A program made the translations under genes and the position numbers. A DNA stretch of 64,000 bases from NCBI GenBank assembly GCA_043228905.1, contig JBHGNT010000007.1, positions 10,478,001 to 10,542,000 on the forward strand, read 5' to 3'. The notes under the pieces were generated by a model. The model was not told the origin of the DNA, ran no database searches, and saw only the letters and a program-made list of their open reading frames with translations. Numbering within the stretch: position 1 is the first letter of the stretch; every line of letters starts with the position of its first letter. Of this stretch, positions 11,629 to 25,126 are shown in pieces. This stretch comes from Azolla caroliniana (Eukaryota > Plantae > Polypodiophyta).

Positions 11629-12003
11629 TTCACACATTATACTACACATGTTGCACCTAACTACAAAACCATATTCTTTGCGGAACGGGGAAATTGTACA
11701 CATCCATACATGTTAGAGCCCATATCGTTATCTGCCATTCGAACCATTGCTTCCATGCGACGTAGCTCACATGCATTGCGATGTGAAACAGGGCGTTGGG
11801 GTACAACTGATGAGAGTGGTCGGCTATGCATACTTTGCCCTAAACAAGTTCGCGAGTCTGAGTATCACACTTTGATACAATGCTCTGCCTTTGATCATAT
11901 TCGACCATGCTTTCCACATCTCTTCGATTGAGCCCAATCTTTGCATGAATTCCTCTCACAACCACAATGTACACTCTAGATTGCAACATTCATTGCAACA
12001 ATC
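11629..12003 (+). mobile_element. LINE ORF2 C-terminal fragment (CCHC zinc finger)
   Basis: SSHALRCETGRW...RLCILC...ESEYHTLIQC..FDHIR, a typical non-LTR RT C-terminal motif. Boundaries approximate. Confidence 0.7.
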
Positions 12004-15000
12004 CCGCGGGCGTGGTGGACGAGACAGGTTGGCACGCAATGGAGGCTGCCGGCAAGAGCAGGAACGAAGGCACAGTGATCGTGCCGACAGTAGTTCCGGG
12101 ACTTCCACAAGCAGGGGGAGTCAAGGTGGTGCCGGAGGCCGGCAAGACAAATCCACTACGGAATGCTGGTACTGTGGCAAAAAGGGCCACAGGGAAAGCG
12201 AGTGCTGGAGAAAGCGTGCCGATTCGAACAAATCCGGATCCGGCAAGACCGGTAAGGAAGGCCGACAAAGCTCGCACTACGCAAACGGATCGGGAGGATC
12301 CAAGAACGGTAAGGGGCCAGCCATGGTGATGAAGCACAAGGAAAACTCAATGAAGAAGACCACTTCCAAATCGAAGGAAGTGTGGTGCGTTGACTCCGGC
12401 GCATCGAACCACATGACGAGCCACGAGGAGTGGTTCTCCTTTTTGGAGAAGCCGGATCAACTGGGAGTTGTCGAAACCGAAGACGACACTCCCCACCCGA
12501 TCGTGCACGTCGGAGAAGTCCCTTTGAGCCACGTCGGACAGAGGGGGAAGCTGATGAATGTATTACATGTTCCGACGATCACAAAGAACCTGGTGTCGGT
12601 CGGGCAGATCGTCGACCAGGGGATGCAAGTGCGGTTTACGCACCTCGGGAGTTATTGCGCAAGGGCGCAGAGATGGGAGGATGTTTATCCTCAACACCAA
12701 TGAGGTCGGCACCGCACTATTCGCCAAAGGACAGAAGGTCGAGTCGGATATCGACCTGTGGCACAAGCGGATCAGCCACGTCAACTACCAGAGGCTTCAA
12801 GACCTGCAAACGGAACAAGTCGTTTTCGGTTTGCCGAAGTTTAGCGGCTGGAGAGCCCAGATTTGTGAAGCCTGCCAACTCGGGAAGCAACACCGGCTTC
12901 CATTCCCCACCGAAAGAAATCGAAGCCGTAACAAGCTTGATCTTATCCATTCGGATGTGTGGGGACCGGCACAAAATGTTAGCATTGGCGGGAGTCGATA
13001 TTTCGTCTCCTTCATCCACGACTACACACGGGATACGTGGATCTACCTCACTGAGCGGAAGAGCGAAGTCTTCGAGTGTTTCCAGAGCCTCCAGAAGATG
13101 GTGGAACGGGAATCGGAGAGGAAGATCAAATGCCTACGGTCGGATGGCGGAAAAGAGTACTTTTCCGGCCAATTCAACAGCTATCTACAACAAAAAGGAA
13201 TTCGGCGAGAATTCAGCTACAAATACACACCGCAACAGAACGGTGTGGCCGAAAGGAAGAATCGGTCGCTGATTGACACAGCTAGGACAATGCTGGAGGA
13301 AAAGAGCATGCCCAAGTTCTACTAGGCGGAGGCGGTCCAAACGGCCGTTTACATCCAGAACCGGATCCGGGACAAGGTGTCAGCTCATGAGCTGTATTTC
13401 AGGCGCAAGCCGAATTTGAGACACCTCCAGATATTCGGCAGCATAGCCTATGTACATGTGTCGGATGAGAAGCGGAGAAAGCTGGATGCAAAATCGGAAA
13501 AATGCATCTTAGTCGGCTATGCTCAAGAGCAAAAGGGGTATAAGTGTTATAACCCCCGGACGAAGCAGGTTCGAGTCAGCCGAGATGTCGAGTTTGATGA
13601 ATCGGCATCGTGGTATTCCTTACCGACTCCGACTTCCGATCCCGACCCAATGTCAGAGGATGGGGCTAGTGAGCCCGAACCGGCCCAGGTAGAGAAAGAT
13701 GAAGCCGGGACTCAAGATGAGAGTCCGGAATCGTTCCAGTTAAGCAGACCGAATGAGAGATTGGATCAGTCCAACCAGTCGGATGATGAGACAGCGAGTA
13801 GTGGAGACTCTGTCGTGGTCTCCCCGCGCAAGGAACCGAGGAGACGGTTCACACGCAAAGAGAAAGGGAAGCAGAAGATGCCGGAATTCGAGACCACCAA
13901 TGATGAGTCGGATCGGTGCGTATCTGACTTCGGCAAGGACATAGGCAGATCTTCGAGAACGAAGACCGAACTGGCCAAGAAGGGTCTCATACCGGGTAAC
14001 GGTGAGTTACGCCGGTCCACCCGGTAGAAGGATCCCGTTAAACGGTACGAGTATAACGAGTACATGGTGCATCATTATGCGTACATGACCAAGGTTTCGG
14101 AAGTGCGTGAGCCGGAGAGTTACGCAGAAGCGGCAAAGGACGCAAATTGGCGTGCTGCTATGGAGGAAGAAATGCGGGCACTGGATGCCAATGGAACTTG
14201 GGACCTACTTGACCCTCCCCATCACTATAAACTGATCGGATGCAAGTGGGTGTACAAGGTAAAGTACAATGCCGACGGTACAGTTAACTGGTACAAGGCC
14301 CGGTTAGTGGCGAAGGGATATGCGCAGACCCACGGAATCGACTACGACGAGACCTTCGCTCCTGTAGCAAAGATGACAATGGTTTGTGTGGTACTGGCGG
14401 TTGCTGCGGAAAGGGGGTGGCATCTTCATCAGATGGATGTGAAGAATGCCTTCCTTCAAGGAGATCTTGAAGAAGAAGTCTTTATGACTCAGCCCCCCGG
14501 ATTTCAGCCGGAGGTGAACAAGTCGGCGGTATGCCGGCTGAGGAAGTCGTTGTACGGCTTGAAGCAAGCCCCCCATGCTTGGAATGCTAAGATCACGCAC
14601 CGGTGACGAAAGATGGGGTTTGTTGCCTCCAAGTCGGACTCTTCCCTGTTCATCCGTCAAGGCTCAAACGGTCTGGTATGTATCTTACTCTATGTTGATG
14701 ATTTAGTCATCATCGGCCCAGGTCTTCCGGAAATCAACCGCGTCAAGTCCTAGTTGTCGGACGCATTCAATATGAAGGACTTGGGGGACCTTCATTATTT
14801 TTTGGGGATCGAGGTGATCCGCACCCCCGACGGCATATTGCTTTCTCAACGCCATTATGTGTTGAATATACTGTACAAGTATGGCATGACGGAATGCCGA
14901 CCTGTCTCCACACCCCTGGACCGGAATCAGAAGATCCGTCCCAACTCTGGACCAGCCTGCGTTTAGAAACGGTTCCGACAAATAGTCGGAAGCCTGATCT

Positions 15001-18000
15001 ACTTGACCATCACCCGACCCGATATTAGCTATCCGGTCGGAGTGTTAAGCCAATTCATGCAAAAGCCGACCGTGGAGCACCTTCAGTGCGCGCAACAAAT
15101 ACTGAGGTATGTAAGCGGCACTAAGGACCGGGGGCTCTTATACCGGCAAGGTATAACTGAAGAGCTTGTCTGCTACACGGATGCCAACTGGGCTCGTCGC
15201 TCAACTTCCGGCTTTATGTTTTCTCTTGGGAGCGCGGTTGTTGCGTGGAGCAGCAAAAAGCAGCCAACAGTGGCTCTATCCAGCACTGAGGCTGAATACC
15301 AGGGCGCGACCGTTGCCACCTACGAAGCCATATGACTTCGGCGACTACTGCAAGACCTGCGGATCGAGGTACCGACCCTGATCCTGATCTACTGCGATAA
15401 CCTCAGCAGCATGCAGCTCACCAAGAACCTTGTGTTCCATGCTCGCACAAAGCACATAGAAGTGCATTATCACTTCGTGCGTGAGCAGCTCCTAAGCGGT
15501 GAAGTTGAACTACGGTATGTTCACACGGATCGGCAAGTTGCCGACATCTTCACCAAGCCGCTCGGGTCGGACAAGTTGCAACACTTTACCGAAATGCTTG
15601 GTGTTCAGCATCTCGACGTGCCGCACTTGAGGGGGCGATGCAAGGGCAAAGACACTATCGAAATAAGCAAAGGCAAAAAAACTGTTGAACCCGTAGGTAA
15701 GAGAAGAACCGGTAGAGGTGGAGACAAGAAGAAAAATGAAGCCGAGTCGACGAAGGAAGTCAGCACATCCGAACAGGTCGGAGTGAGCGGCTGTGAAGAA
15801 GAAGTGTACACTCAGGAAGAGAAGCGCATGCTATGCGGAGGTCATCACGATCGTAATGGCCATGATGCGGAGTCGAATGGAGAATTCGACTTCGGCGAAC
15901 CGGCTGAAGAAGCCAAGGGAAGCACAGAGAAGGCAAAGACCCGGACGTGGTCCGGTGTGGTGAGAGGCCTGAAGCCGAAAATCGAATCGGAGGATACCGA
16001 TTCAGACAAGAGCTGGAACGAGTCGGAGACAGCCAATTTGGATCAACAGACGAATCTGGATGAGTCGAATCAACGAGAGGCCAAGGAGACACGGACGCAG
16101 TGGAAGTCGATGCCACCGCGGAGGAACCGACGGATCGGCAAGCACCGGAGTCATAGCAGCGAAGGAGCTAAGATGGGCCTGTTGAGCAAACATGCCGAAG
16201 GTCGAGGCACGCAGAACCCAAGTGGTCACGGCAAACGGGACCAGACCGGACAAGGAGCACGAGCAAGGCGAAGCGACGCCAGGAGAAGTCGGTTGGAAGA
16301 ACCGGCTGCCACAGAGGTTGACAATACGACTGTTGAGCAGCAAGCCCAACCGGAGCCAGATCGGCTGAATAAGCCGGAGCCGGTAAGCGAGACGGATCGG
16401 GCGAAACGGATCGGTATGACGGTGAGCAACCGAACCGGCAAGCAGCGGAGTCGGTGAGCGAATAATGCGGCGCCAGACTCGGCACACAAGGACTTCCCAG
16501 TATGGGAACAGGCGGCAAGCAGGGTGATGTACTGTTTCGCGTCCAGTGTCGGCGATCAGCTGCTCAGCCACATCCGTGACGCCAAGACATCGAAGGATGC
16601 TTGGGGGAACCTCAAAAAGGTTTTTGCCGCAAGCACCACTGCCCGGAAGCTGCAACTCAGACAGGAGTTGAGCAATGTTCGACAGAAGAAAATGTTCGTG
16701 GCAGACTACACGGGCCAGATAAAGGAGATCTGCGACTCGCTAGCCTCTATCAATGTTACCGTAGAGGAAGACGAGATGGTGCAGGTATGTCTCGGAGGCC
16801 TGGCGTCCAAGTTCGGAGCGTTCCGGACTGCGGTGTGTACAAGGGAGAATACCCCCTCATTCTTCGACTTACAGTCGATGCTCCTTGTAGAGGAGAACCA
16901 CGCCGGTGCATCTACCAGTGCATCCCTGGACAGCCGAATGCTATACACGGGAATGGATCGGTTCCGTGGGCGTGGTGGAAGAGGTGGGTCGGCACGCAAT
17001 GGAGGCGGCCGGCAAGAGCAGGAACGGAGGCACTATGAACGTGCCGACAGCAGTTCCGGGACTTCCACAAGCAGGGGGAGTCAAGGCGGTGCCGGAGGCC
17101 GGCAAGACAAATCCGCTACGGAATGCTAATACTGTGGCAAAAAAGGCCACAGGGAAAGCGAGTGCTAGAGAAAGCGTGCCGATTCGGACAAATCCGGATC
17201 CGGCAAGACCGGTAAGGATGGCCGGCAAAACTCGCACTATGCAAACGGATCAGAAGGATCTGGAACCAGAAAGGCCGATAAGGGGCCAGCCTTGGTGATG
17301 AATCACAAGGCAAACTCAATGAAGAAGACCACTTCCAAAAAGGAGAAAGTGTGGTATGTTGATTCCGGCGCGTCGAACCACATGACGAGCCACAAAGAGT
17401 GGTTCTCGTTTCTGGAGAAACCGGATCAACCAAGAGTAGTCGAAACCGGAGACGACACTCCTCACCCAATCGTGCACGTCGGAGAAGTCCCTCTAAGCCA
17501 CGTCGGACAGAAAGGGAAGCTGATGAACGTATTACACGTTCCGACGATCACGAAGAACCTGGTGTCCGTCGGTCAGATTGTCGACCAGGGGATGCAGGTG
17601 CAGTTTACGCACCTCGGGTGCTTCATTGAGGATGAGGGCGAAGTCATTCCGCAAGGGCGCAGAGACGGGAGGATGTTTATCCTCAACACCAAGGACTTTG
17701 GCACCGCTCTGTTCGCGAAACAATAGAAGGTCGAGTCGGACATCGACCTGTGGCACAAGCGGATAGGCCACGTCAACTACCGGAGGCTTCAAGATCTGCA
17801 AACGAAACAAGTCGTTTTCGGTTTGCCGAAGTTCAGCGGCCGGAGAGCCGAAATTTGTGAAGCCTGCCAACTTGGGAAGCAACACCGGCTTCCATTCCCC
17901 ACCGAACGGAACCGGAGCCGTAACAAGCTCGATCTCATCCATTCGGATGTGTGGGGACCGGCACAAAGTGTAAGCCTTGGCGGGAGTCGGTACTTCGACT

Positions 18001-21000
18001 CCTTCATCGACGACTATACTCGACATACTTGGATCTACCTCATTGAGTGGAAGAGCGAAGTCTTTGACTGTTTCCGGAGCCTCCAGAAGATGGTGGAACG
18101 GGAATCGGAGAGGAAGATCAAATGCCTTCGGTCGGATGGCGGAAAGGAATATTTTTCCGGCCAATTCACTACTTATGTGCAGTAGAAGGGAATTCGACGA
18201 GAGTTCAGCTACAAATACACACCAGAGCAAAACGGTGTGGCCGAAAGGAACAACCGGACACTCGTTGAAGCGGCAAGGACAATGCTGGAGGAGAAGAGCA
18301 TGCCCCGGTTCTACTGGGCGGAGGCGGTCCAGACGGTCGTCTACATACAAAACTACATTGGTGACCCGGTGTCAGCTCATGAGCTGTATTTCGGGCGCAA
18401 GCCGAACTTAAGACACCTTCGGATATTCGGCAGCATAGCGTATGTGCATGTGCCGGATCAGAAGCGGAGAAAGCTGGATGCAAAATCGGAAAAATGCATT
18501 CTAGTCGGCTATGCTCAAGAGCAAAAGGGGTATAAGTGCTATAACCCCCGGACGAAGGAAGTCCGAGTTAGCCGGGATGTCGAGTTCGACGAATCGGCAT
18601 CCTGGTACTCCCTACCGACTCCGACTTCTGATCCCGACCCAATGCCGAAAGATCAGGCCAGTGCGCCTGAATCAGCCCTGGCAGAGGATGATGAAGCCGG
18701 GACTCAAGATGAGAGTCCGGAATCGTTTCGGTTGAGTGGACCGATCGAGCGTCTGAGTCGGTTGGACCAATCGGATGAAGAGACGGCAAGTAGTGGAGAC
18801 TCTGTCGTGCTCTCCCCGCGCAAGGAACCGAGGAAACGGTTCACGCGCAAAGAGAAAGGGAAGAGGAAGATGCCGGAATTCGAAACCGGCAACGATGAGT
18901 CGGATCGGTGCGTATCCGACTCCGGAAAGGAGAAAGGCAGATCTTCAGTAACGAAGACCGAACTGGCCAAGAAGGGCCTCAAATTAGGTGACGGTGCGTT
19001 GCGCCGATCAACCCGCCAGAAGGATCCCGTCATGCGGTACGGGTACAATGAATACATGGCGCATCATTATGCGTACATGACTAAGGTGACAGAAGTGTGT
19101 GAGCCGGAGAGCTACGCAAAAGCGGCAAAGGACGCAAATTGGCGTGCCACTATGGACGAAGAAATGCGGGCACTCGATGCCAACGAAACTTGGGACCTAG
19201 TTGATCCTCCCCGTCAGTGTAAACCGATCGGATGCAAGTGGGTGTACAAGGTCAAGTACAACGCCGACGGTTCTGTTAACCAGTACAAAGCCCGGTTAGT
19301 GGCGAAGGGATACGCGCAGACCCACGGAATCGACTACGACGAGACCTTCGCTCCTGTGGCGAAGATGACGACGGTTCGTGTGGTACTGGTGGTTGCTGCG
19401 GCAAGCGGGTGGCATCTTCACCAGATGGATGTGAAGAACGCCTTCCTTCAAGGAGAGCTTGAAGAAGAAGTCTTTATGACTCAGCCCCCCGGATTTCACT
19501 CGGAGATGAACAAGTCGGCGGTATGCCGACTGAAGAAGTCGCTTTACGGCTTGAAGCAAGCCCCCCGAGCTTGGAACGCGAAGATCACGCACCGGTTGCG
19601 TAAGCTGGGGTTTGATGTCTCTAAGTCGGACTCTTCGTTGTTCATCCGGCAAGGCTCTAACGGTCCGGTATGTATACTCTTGTATGTGGATGATTTAGTC
19701 ATCACCGGACCGGGTCTTCCCGAAATCAACCGCGTCAAGTCCCAGTTGTCGGACGCATTCGAAATGAAGGACCTAGGGGACCTTCATTATTTTCTTGGGA
19801 TCGAAGTGATCCGGACCCCCGACGGCATATTGCTCTCACAACGACATTACGTGTTGAATATGTTGTATAAGTTCGGCATGACGGATTGCCGACCTGTCTC
19901 CACACCCCTGGACCGGAACCAGAAGCTCCGTCCCAACTCTGGACCGGCCTGCAATGAGAAACGGTTCTGACAGGCTGTCGGAAGCCTGATCTACTTAACC
20001 ATCACCCGACCCGACATCAGCTATCCGGTCGGCATGGTAAGCCAGTTCATGCAGAAGCCGACCGTGGAGCACCTTCAGTGCGCGCAACGAATATTACGGT
20101 ATGTCAGCGGCACTAAGGACCGGGGACTGCTATACCGGCGAGGTATACCCGAAGAGCTTGTCGGTTACACAGATGCTGACTGGGCCGGCGATGCGTCTGA
20201 TCGCCGCTCCACTTCCGGATACATGTTCTCCATAGGTAGCGCGGCCGTTGCGTGGAGCAGCAAGAAGCAGCCCACAGTGGCTTTGTCAAGCACTGAGGCT
20301 AAGTACCGGGCCGCTACCGTTGCCACATGTGAAGCCATCTGGCTTCGGCGACTGCTGCGAGACTTGCGGATCGAGGTACCGACCCCGATCCCGATTTACT
20401 GCAATAACATGCGCAGCCTGCAGCTCCCCAGGAACCCTGTGTTCCATGCTCGCACAAAGCACATCGAGGTGCACTACCACTTCGTGCGTGAGCGGGTCCT
20501 GAGCGGTGAAGTTGACCTACGGTATGTTCATACGGATCGGCAAGTTGCCGACATCTTCACCAAGCCGCTAGGATCGGACAAGTTGCAGCACTTTACCGAC
20601 ATGCTTGGTATTCAACATCTCGACGTGCCGCACTTGAGGGGGAGAAGCAAGGGCAAATTCTCTATCAAAACGGGCAAAGGCCAAAAAAACTGTTGAACCC
20701 ATCGGTAAGAGGAGAGCCGGAAGAAGAGGAGACAAGAAGATGAAGGAAGCCGAGTCGACGAAGGAAGTCGACACATCCGAACAGGTCGGAGCAAGCGGCT
20801 ATGAAGAAGAGTCGTGCACACAGGAAGAGAAGTGCATGTTGTGCGGAGGTCATCACGACGGTACTGACCATGACACAGAGTCGAATGAAGAATTCGATTT
20901 CGGTTCATCGGCTGAAGAAGCCGAGGGAAGCATGGAGAAGGCCAAGACTCAGAAGTGGTCCGATGTGGTGAGAGACCTGAAGCCGGAAGTCGAATCGGAG

Positions 21001-21700
21001 TGTACCGACTCGGACAAGAGCTGGAACGAGTTGGAGACAACTGACTCGAATCAACAGATGGATCCGGATGAGTCGGATCGACTGAAGGCCAAGGGGACAC
21101 GGACACAGCGGAAGTCGATGCCATCGTGGGAGAACCGACGGATCGTCAAGTGCCGGAGTCACAGCAACGTGAGTGCTGAGATGGGCCTATTGAGCAGACA
21201 TGCCAACCGAGAGGGTCGAGGCGCGCAGAACCAAAGGGGTCGCGGCAAACGGGACCGAACCGGACGAGGAGCGCGAGCAAGGCGGACTGACGCCAGGAGA
21301 AGTCGGTTGGAAGAACCGACTGCCACAGAGGTCGACACTACGACCCCACCTCAGGTTGAGCTTGAGGGGGAGTATTGAGCGGCAAGCTCAACCGGAGCCG
21401 GATCGGCTGAATAAGCCAGAGCCGGTAAGCGAGACGGATCGGGCGAAACGGATCGGTATGACGGTGAGCAACCGAACTGGCAAGCAGTGGAGGTCGGGTG
21501 CAATCCGTAACTGGAAGTCCAATCAGAAGCCTAGTATAGGATAGACTACTAGGTAGCTATAGTCTCGTAGTAAGTGTCAAATGCTCGTGTGAGCATTGAA
21601 GTACATGGTACTTCTGTCAGTCCCAAGAGGACTTGTATAAATAGTGCTACTTAGCACAGTGTGTATACAGAGTTTTGATATAATTTTGAAATTGCGTTCT

Positions 21701-21739
<39 letters not shown>

Positions 21740-22131
21740 TGTTCTCTGTTTTACACTTCCGCAAACACTTATGTTCACAACGACCCTACCTCAGGTTGAG
21801 CTTGAGGGGGAGTGTTGAGCGGCAAGCTCAACCGGAGCTGGATCGGCTGAATAAGCCTGAGCCAGTAAGCAAGATGAATCGGTATGTCGGTGAGCAACCG
21901 AGCCAGTAAGCAGTAAGGACCGGTGAGTTGGGGAGCCAGTATGCCGGATCCAATCCGTAACCGGAAGCCTAGTATAGGTTAGACTACTAGGCAGTTATAG
22001 TCTCGTAGTTAGTGTCAAATGCTCGTGTGAGCATTGAAGTACACCGTACTTCTAACAGTCCCGTGTGGACTTGTATAAATAGCCCTGATGAGCACAGAGT
22101 ATTCATATAATTTTGAAGAATAGTGTGTCCT

Positions 22132-22191
<60 letters not shown>

Positions 22192-22232
22192 TGTATTGTT
22201 CTTTCTAACACTTCTGCAAGCAATCTTTAACA
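12004..22232 (+). mobile_element. Ty1/copia family B copy B1, 5'-truncated and degenerate; hosts B2; 3' LTR 21813-22232
   Basis: Zn knuckle, DSGAS, INT, RT and RNase H ORF fragments 12004-16330 with stops and deletions. PPT gagcttgagggggag then TG...CA LTR with TATA (tataaatag) and (CT)n. Right flank is gag of element A2. Confidence 0.9.
16331..21779 (+). mobile_element. Ty1/copia family B copy B2 nested in the 3' UTR of B1; 5' LTR partly deleted together with PBS and gag start
   Basis: TSD ACGAC at 16326-16330 and 21780-21784. 5' LTR remnant 16331-~16450 matches the 3' LTR 21373-21779. gag-pol fragments 16524-20696. Confidence 0.92.
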
Positions 22233-24241
22233 CCTAGCAAGAGTCAAGTCGAGCTTGCTAGATGAGGAGGCACGTCGGAAAGACAAGGAGGTGATCTCCG
22301 AAGCCAAAGCTCTCCTTACCAAATTGGAATGTGGAAGACAAAGGAATCGGAGTCCCCAGAACCGGGAAAAGTTGGGGACACGGTCAAAGTCAAGGGGGAG
22401 GCCCACTTGCTTCTATTGCGGCAAGCCGGGGCACTTCCAGAAGAACTGTCGGCATTTCCGGAAAGACAAGGGAACCGACAGTACTATTTTGAAGAAGTCA
22501 CCGAACCGAAATAGTTCAGATCGGCGAGGCCCGGACCGGAAGGGCACGACAGCGATCGCAGCAAGTGAAGAGGAACTAATCCTCATCACCGAGGAGAGTG
22601 AGTTGAACCTTGCCGGCGACGAGACAACGTGGGTTGTCGATTCCGGAGCATTGTTCCACCTTACCCTGGACTGGAAATGCTTCTCATCCTACACATCCGA
22701 TGAGCACGGTTGTGTCTGGATGGGGAATGAAGGTACGTGCCGAATTCTCGGCATAGGAGACGTGTAGTTGACAACACCAACCGGATGCAAGTTGCTGCTG
22801 AAGGATGTCCACCACGTTCCGGAGGTTCGACTGAACCTAATATCATCCGGTCGGCTAGATGATGAAGGCTAAACAGGTAGCATCCGGAACGAAGTCATGA
22901 AATTCAGCAAGGGGAGCCTAATAGTGGCTCAGGCCCGGAAAGTCAACACATTGTACCTGATGAACACCAGGTTATGCCGGGAAGAAGAAGTGAACGTTGC
23001 TTCCGATACTACCGGTGAGCTGTGGCACAAAAGACTGTGTCACATGAGTGAGAAGGGGATGAAGAGGCTTGCCGAAGACAACCTCATTCCAATGAAGGAT
23101 GTGCAACTTGTGAAGTGCACCGATTGCTTGGCCGGCAAGCAAAACCGAACCTCCTTCCGGTCAAGACCACCGATGAAACGGAACGCACTACTAGAGTTGG
23201 TGCATACCGATGTGTGTCAGGTGGACATGAAGTCACATGCCGGATCGTAGTACTTTGTGATGTTCATAGATGACCACAGCCGGAAGATGTGGGTCTCACC
23301 ATTGAAGAAAAAGGATCAGGTGCTATCCATCTTCAAGGATCTCCACGCGAGAGTGGAAAGAGACACCGGCCGGAAGCTGAAGGCGGTTCGAGCTCATAAC
23401 GGAGGAGAATACCGGGGGCAGTTCGAGGAGTACTGCTGGTCGAAGGGAATCCGGCTCGAGTTTACTATGTCAAAGACGCCGGAACTAAATGGGCTGGCTG
23501 AAAGGATGAACCGGACCATAATGGAGAGAGTCTGGAGCATGCTCACACATGCCAAGTTACCCAAGACATTTTGGTCTGAGGCGTTAACGACGGCGACCTA
23601 TGTGATAAACAAATCACCCTCAGTACCCTTGGGAGGAGACTCACCTCAGAAGGTATGGTCCGGCAAAGATGTATCTTACCGGCATCTGAAGGTGTTCAGG
23701 TGTCTCGCATACGTGCATGTGGCAAAGGACAAGAGAGAAAAACTGGACCCGAAGTCCCAACCATGCATATTCCTTGGATACGACGACGATGAGTTCGGAT
23801 ACCGTGTGTGGGATCTGGTCAACAAGAAGGTATTCCGGAGTTGGGACATAGTCTTCATGGAAGACAGGACCATTGTCGACTGGGAGTCGGAGAAGAAGAT
23901 GACCAACTCCGGATCATCCAATGAAAACCAGCTTGAGCACACAACGACCTACCCGGTTGAAAGACGGATGTTAGCCGGTAACCAGATGACAGTCGACGAA
24001 CCGGCCGGATTCGAACAAGAAACCAAACCGACCAAAGAAGAAGACATTGAAACCGGACAAGATCCTGAATTGGATGAGGATGAGGAATAGACGGAGGAAC
24101 CGGCAGTCAGTAACCAAGGACGGAGATATCCTCTCCAGGAGAGAAGAGCTCGCCGGAGATTTCCGGATACAGAGCATGTGTTGCTAACCGATGAGGGGGA
24201 ACCATAAAGCTTTGAAGAAGTAAGGGTAGACACCCACAGCC

Positions 24242-24919
24242 ACAAGTGGTTGAGTACCATGCAAGATGAGATGAATTCACTACATGAGAACCACACATAC
24301 GAATTGGTGGAGTTGCCAAAAGGAAAGAGGGCATTCCGGAACAAGTGGGTGAACAAGCTGAAACCGAGAGATGTCGGAAATCCACCAGGGTATAAGACTT
24401 GAATCATGGTGAAGGGCTTCCAACAGAAGAAAGGAGTGGACTTCGACGAGATCTTTGCCCTGGTAGTAAAGATGACATCCATCCGGACATTATTGGCATA
24501 GCGGCAAGCATGGACCTCGAGGTAGAGCAGTTGGACGTGAAGACGGCATTCCTCCATGGTGACCTCAAAGAGGAGATCTACAAGTGGTTGAGTGCCATGC
24601 AGGATGAGATGAATTCATTGCATGAGAACCACACATACGAATTCGTGGAGTTGCCAAAAGGAAAGAGGGCATTCCGGAACAAGTGGGTGAACAAGCTGAA
24701 ACCGAGAGATGTCGGAAATCCACCAAGGTATAAGGCTTGAATCGTGGTGAAGGGCTTCCAACAGAAGAAAGGAGTGGACTTCGACGAGATCTTTGCCCCG
24801 GTAGTAAAGATGACATCCATCCGGACATTATTGGGCATAGCAGCAAGCATGGACCTCGAGGTAGAGCAGTTGGACGTGAAGACGGCATTCCTCCATGGTG
24901 ACCTCGAAGAGGAGATCTA
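24242..24919 (+). repeat. ~338-bp tandem duplication of the RT start in A2
   Basis: acaagtggttgagt(a/g)ccatgc...gaggagatctac occurs twice in tandem, with slight divergence. Confidence 0.88.
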
Positions 24920-25126
24920 CATGCATCAACCAGAAGGATTTGAGAAGAAAGGGAAGGAGCACCCGGTGTGCCAGCTAAAGAAGAGCTTATACGGACTGAA
25001 GCAAGCTCCCCAGCAATGGTACCGGAAGTTCGACTCCTTCATGACCGACCAAGGGTACCACAAGACGCAGGCCGATCACTGCGTGTTTGTGAAGAAATTT
25101 GATGGAGAAGATTTCCTGATACTCCT

